DNA of 64,000 nucleotides from Halioglobus sp. (GTDB taxonomy: Bacteria; Pseudomonadota; Gammaproteobacteria; Pseudomonadales; Halieaceae), in assembly GCA_041396025.1 (NCBI GenBank), contig JAWKZL010000004.1, forward strand, positions 113,116 through 177,115, in the 5' to 3' direction. Each line of letters opens with the position of its first letter. Positions within the stretch are counted from its first letter, which is position 1. The position numbers were made by a program, and so were the translations under genes. The notes beneath the pieces are model-generated. The model did no database searches and had not been told where the DNA came from. It saw only the letters and a program-made list of their open reading frames with translations. Positions 60,773-64,000 of this stretch are shown here, in pieces.

Positions 60773-61648
60773 ATGACTAGCCCGCAGGAACCCAAATGGC
60801 CGTTTCGCTGGGATTTGCTCCTTCGCTACCGCTTTATCGAAACGCTAGCCTTGTGGGAGGGACGCCTCACCACTCGTCACCTGTGCGATACCTTTGGTAT
60901 TGGGCGGCAACAGGCCAGCAAGGATATCAATAATTACATCAAGGACGTTGGCCCGGGGAACCTGGAATACGACAAGTTTCTCAAGGGTTATAAACCGACT
61001 CCGGCATTTTCACCCAAGGTCACAGAGGGTTTGGCTGACGAATACCTGCACCTGATGGCGCGCAATAACGAACTGATGAATGTATTCGAGTCATTGTCGC
61101 TCAATGTGGCCAATGTCGAGGTGTTGTCGCATCCGGTGAGAGATGTAAAACCAGAGGTCCTGCGGCCGATCATGCAGGCTGCGCGACAACAAAAGCGTCT
61201 GGAAGTTGATTATGTCTCGCTGAATCATCCCGACAGAGAGGGCCGCATCATCGTACCCCACACCCTCGTCTACAGCGGGCTGCGCTGGCATGTGCGTGCC
61301 TGGTGCGAGAAAAACAGTGAATATCGCGATTTTGTACTGAGCCGCTTTCGCGGATTGCCCGAAATCATGGATGAATCGGCGCATGGCGTAGACGGTGATA
61401 CCGAGTGGAATACGCAGGTCACAGTGCGCATTGTTCCGGACCCCAGATTGACGCGTGAACAGCGCGAAGTGATCGAAGTAGACTACGGTATGCGCAACGG
61501 CGCGCTGGAGATTTCGACACGTGCCCGACTGGTACCGTATGTACTGCAGTTACTGCATATCGAAGCAAATGAAGTCGCTGCAGACGCCGCTGCAGTGCAA
61601 CTGGTGGTCGCAAACCGCAGCGAGCTGGCACCATGGCTATTTGCATAG
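60773..61648 (+). CDS. WYL-domain transcriptional regulator (CapW/BrxR-like wHTH-WYL-WCX)
   Basis: IE..ALWEGRLTT..L...FGIGRQQASKDI; Y.SL...R.I.PH.L...G.RWHVRAWC...YRDFVLSRF; DTEW...PDPRL...Q...IE.DYGM. Confidence 0.92.
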   Translation: MTSPQEPKWPFRWDLLLRYRFIETLALWEGRLTTRHLCDTFGIGRQQASKDINNYIKDVGPGNLEYDKFLKGYKPTPAFSPKVTEGLADEYLHLMARNNELMNVFESLSLNVANVEVLSHPVRDVKPEVLRPIMQAARQQKRLEVDYVSLNHPDREGRIIVPHTLVYSGLRWHVRAWCEKNSEYRDFVLSRFRGLPEIMDESAHGVDGDTEWNTQVTVRIVPDPRLTREQREVIEVDYGMRNGALEISTRARLVPYVLQLLHIEANEVAADAAAVQLVVANRSELAPWLFA

Positions 61649-61660
61649 GAGTTAACAACA

Positions 61661-62056
61661 GTGAGCGATGACAACAGGTTCGAGGTCGCGTATTCCGAAA
61701 GCAACTTTTGGGACAAGTTGAAACGCTATGCCAAGGCTGCTGGTGCCGAGGTGGTAGAACGCGCGCTTTTGCTTTACTACGCTGCGCAGGAGGAAAAGGC
61801 ACCCGCCTGGGCGAAAGGCACGATTGCTGCTGCGCTGGGATACTTCATCGTGCCGCTGGATGCCATAACCGATCTGGCACCGGCAGTGGGTTATGCCGAT
61901 GACCTGGGTGTACTGGTATTGGCGATTGCTGCGGTATCGCGTTATATCAATGACGATGTGCGTGAAAAAACGCGTCGGCGAATGCAGAGCTGGTTTGGTG
62001 AGGAGACTCCGGGTGAAGAGCCCACTACACACAAGGTGGGCAAAGACGCCGACTAG
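61661..62056 (+). CDS. YkvA/DUF1232 family membrane protein
   Basis: YSE..FWDKL, WAK..I.AALGYFIVPLDAI.D..PAVGYADD; SD AGGAG 12 bp after the WYL stop. Confidence 0.92.
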   Translation: MSDDNRFEVAYSESNFWDKLKRYAKAAGAEVVERALLLYYAAQEEKAPAWAKGTIAAALGYFIVPLDAITDLAPAVGYADDLGVLVLAIAAVSRYINDDVREKTRRRMQSWFGEETPGEEPTTHKVGKDAD

Positions 62057-62064
62057 CGCGGTGA

Positions 62065-62478
62065 TTACTTTCGTCGCAGCCACACCAGTGGTATTTTTCT
62101 ACTGGCCGTTGCCAGATATTCGCCCTGGTGTTTGTTCAGTTCCACGATTTTCTTCCACAAAGCATCGCGTTCCTCATCGGCGACATCTACGGCAATCGCT
62201 GCAAAACGCTCCCTGCCAAGTTGTACAGTGACTTCAGGATTGGCCTGCATATTCAGATACCAGACAGGGTGAGTCTCTTTGCCGCTGTTGGAAGCCGATA
62301 CCACAATCGAGTCCCGGTAGGGATAGCAGGCGATAGGCACGCGGCGCAGCTGGCCCGTTTTTCGACCAGTGGTTTCTACCAACGCCACATCAATCCAACC
62401 CATTCGCGAACCCAGTCGGCCACCACTGAGGCGATACAAAAGCGCATGCACTTTGCCAAAGAATTTCCAGTTCAACAT
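62065..62478 (-). CDS. Deazaflavin (F420)-dependent nitroreductase family (DDN-like) oxidoreductase
   Basis: LYRLSGGRLG, TTGRKTG..R..P, ASNSG...HP.WY.N..ANP.V, R.IPLV. Confidence 0.9.
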   Translation of the reverse strand: MLNWKFFGKVHALLYRLSGGRLGSRMGWIDVALVETTGRKTGQLRRVPIACYPYRDSIVVSASNSGKETHPVWYLNMQANPEVTVQLGRERFAAIAVDVADEERDALWKKIVELNKHQGEYLATASRKIPLVWLRRK

Positions 62479-62692
62479 TTGCCGTTCACTCGTACCAAAA
62501 AAGGGGCCTAATGTAGCATGCCCGATAAACTGGAACGACAGGTGACCTGTGCTGTTCGTTTCCTGTTCGGATAAACCTCACTGCCGACTCCAGCAGAACA
62601 TGATTATCCGCGAACCGGCTTGCCTGCCGACCTGCGTCTGCTTTAGGCTGGTGTGATTGCAATCGAATAACACCGCATCGTGGAGAAAACAC

Positions 62693-64000
62693 ATGGCTGC
62701 AAACCAACATCCGACTGACGAATTTGCTGCACTCGATGCTACGGCCCAGGCCGAGCTGGTGCGCAGCGGCCAGGTATCTCCGCTGGAGCTGGTCGACGCG
62801 GCAATCGCCAGGATAGAGCGTGGAAATCCTGCACTGAATGCAGTTATTCACCCGCGTTTCGAGCGCGCGCGGGAAGAAGCGAAAGGTGAACTCCCCGATG
62901 GCCCGTTTCGCGGCGTGCCATTTCTGCTCAAGGACCTGGACGGGTACTCGGCGGGCGATCCCTACCACGGTGGCAATCGCGCGTTGGCCGAGGCTGGTTA
63001 TGTGGCGCCAAGCGACAGCTATCTGACCGCGAAATTCCGCAGTGCAGGGTTGGTCATTCTCGGTCGAACCAATACCCCCGAGTTTGGCCTGATGCCAACC
63101 ACCGAACCGCTTGCCAAGGGCCCGACTCACAATCCATGGAATCTCGCGCACTCCACAGGTGGCTCCAGTGGCGGCTCGGCTGCAGCAGTGGCAGCAGGCT
63201 TTGTACCCATGGCGCACGCTGGCGATGGCGGCGGCTCGATCCGCATTCCAGCGGCAGCCTGCGGACTGGTGGGCCTGAAGCCAACACGGGGCAGACATTC
63301 GCTCGGTCCGGAAGCCGGAGAAGCCTGGGGCGGGCTGGTTGCGCGGATGGCGCTAACCCGCACCGTGCGCGATTGCGCAACGGTACTACAGGCGATTCAG
63401 GGCGAGATGCCCGGAGACCCCTATACCGCGCCTGTGCCGGTTCGCCCGTATCCCGAGGAACGCCTGACGCCGGGTCCGCGTCTGCGAATCGGCTTTACCA
63501 CTCATGCCCCTGACGCTTCCTGCATCACCTCAGCAGAATGTGCGCAAGCGGTTACAGAAACAGCGCGGCAACTGGCTTCTCTGGGCCACCATGTTGAGGA
63601 GGCCCGCCCCGCCGCGTGGGATTCGAGCGCGTTCTTCGAAACCACGATGGCGCATTTCATGACCGCCTACGGGGTATGGACCGCTGCGGAACTGGATCGC
63701 GTTGGCGCCATGATTGGTCGTCCATTGACCGAGGCCGACGTGGAGCCGGGCACCTGGCTGATCGCAGAACCGGGACGCTCTGTGACCGGTCTTGCCTATC
63801 TTGCCGCAATCGAATTTTTCCACCAGGGCTCACGTGAAATGGCAAAGTTCTGGTCTGACGACGGGTTTGATTTGCTACTGACGCCCACCTTGCCTGAACC
63901 ACCGCCACCACTGGGACAATTTCACGACGACAACAATCCTCTGGCAGGTTTGATTCGCTCGGCACAGATCGTACCTTTCGTGGCGCCCTTCAACATCACC
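62693..64000 (+). CDS. Amidase signature enzyme, runs off right edge
   Basis: Manual translation [24 protein letters not shown]..., [39 protein letters not shown]. Confidence 0.93.
   Translation, partial: MAANQHPTDEFAALDATAQAELVRSGQVSPLELVDAAIARIERGNPALNAVIHPRFERAREEAKGELPDGPFRGVPFLLKDLDGYSAGDPYHGGNRALAEAGYVAPSDSYLTAKFRSAGLVILGRTNTPEFGLMPTTEPLAKGPTHNPWNLAHSTGGSSGGSAAAVAAGFVPMAHAGDGGGSIRIPAAACGLVGLKPTRGRHSLGPEAGEAWGGLVARMALTRTVRDCATVLQAIQGEMPGDPYTAPVPVRPYPEERLTPGPRLRIGFTTHAPDASCITSAECAQAVTETARQLASLGHHVEEARPAAWDSSAFFETTMAHFMTAYGVWTAAELDRVGAMIGRPLTEADVEPGTWLIAEPGRSVTGLAYLAAIEFFHQGSREMAKFWSDDGFDLLLTPTLPEPPPPLGQFHDDNNPLAGLIRSAQIVPFVAPFNIT

Noticed and set aside
62486-63298. 270-aa minus-strand ORF and similar shadow ORFs (e.g. 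26346..27167, 10235..10957, 31935..32612, 140..1387)
   Set aside because: They are antisense to well-supported genes, lack motifs, and are expected from codon bias in GC-rich DNA.

Overview
Chromosomal window (roughly 55-57% GC by eye) from a Gammaproteobacterium. Gene content suggests a Halieaceae/NOR5-OM60-like lineage, which is inference only. No integrase, transposase, prophage, CRISPR array or rRNA is evident. The left half (about 2-33 kb) is dense in lipid/steroid/aromatic catabolism: a Rieske dioxygenase alpha/beta pair, a BVMO, a Tgl-like patatin lipase, CYP125-like and CYP153-like P450s, CoA ligases and SDRs. These are interleaved with tRNA-Arg(CCT), a GGDEF cyclase and PEP-CTERM system genes (PrsT, a THxN PEP-CTERM gene with a sigma54 promoter and TGT-N11-ACA enhancer, and an orphan Wzx). 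The right half is mostly housekeeping: glcDEF, DUF3300/DUF2950, phnA, rmf, NAD-GDH, the MoxR-Bat operon, csp, pepN, rhomboid, nadK, DUF1853, a CapW/BrxR-like WYL regulator with YkvA, an F420-type DDN reductase and an amidase. The best candidate for an undescribed system is the divergent 12.7-20.4 kb locus. From recalled sequence it resembles the accessory genes of the mycobacterial cyp51 cluster (Rv0762c, Rv0768-Rv0771), but it lacks the P450s and ferredoxin, carries a sterol-desaturase-type di-iron enzyme instead, and has a tandem MarR regulator with a visible tandem operator. Four genes carry single frameshifts and one an in-frame stop; at least some of these look like assembly errors. All family assignments come from motif recognition, as no database searches were run.
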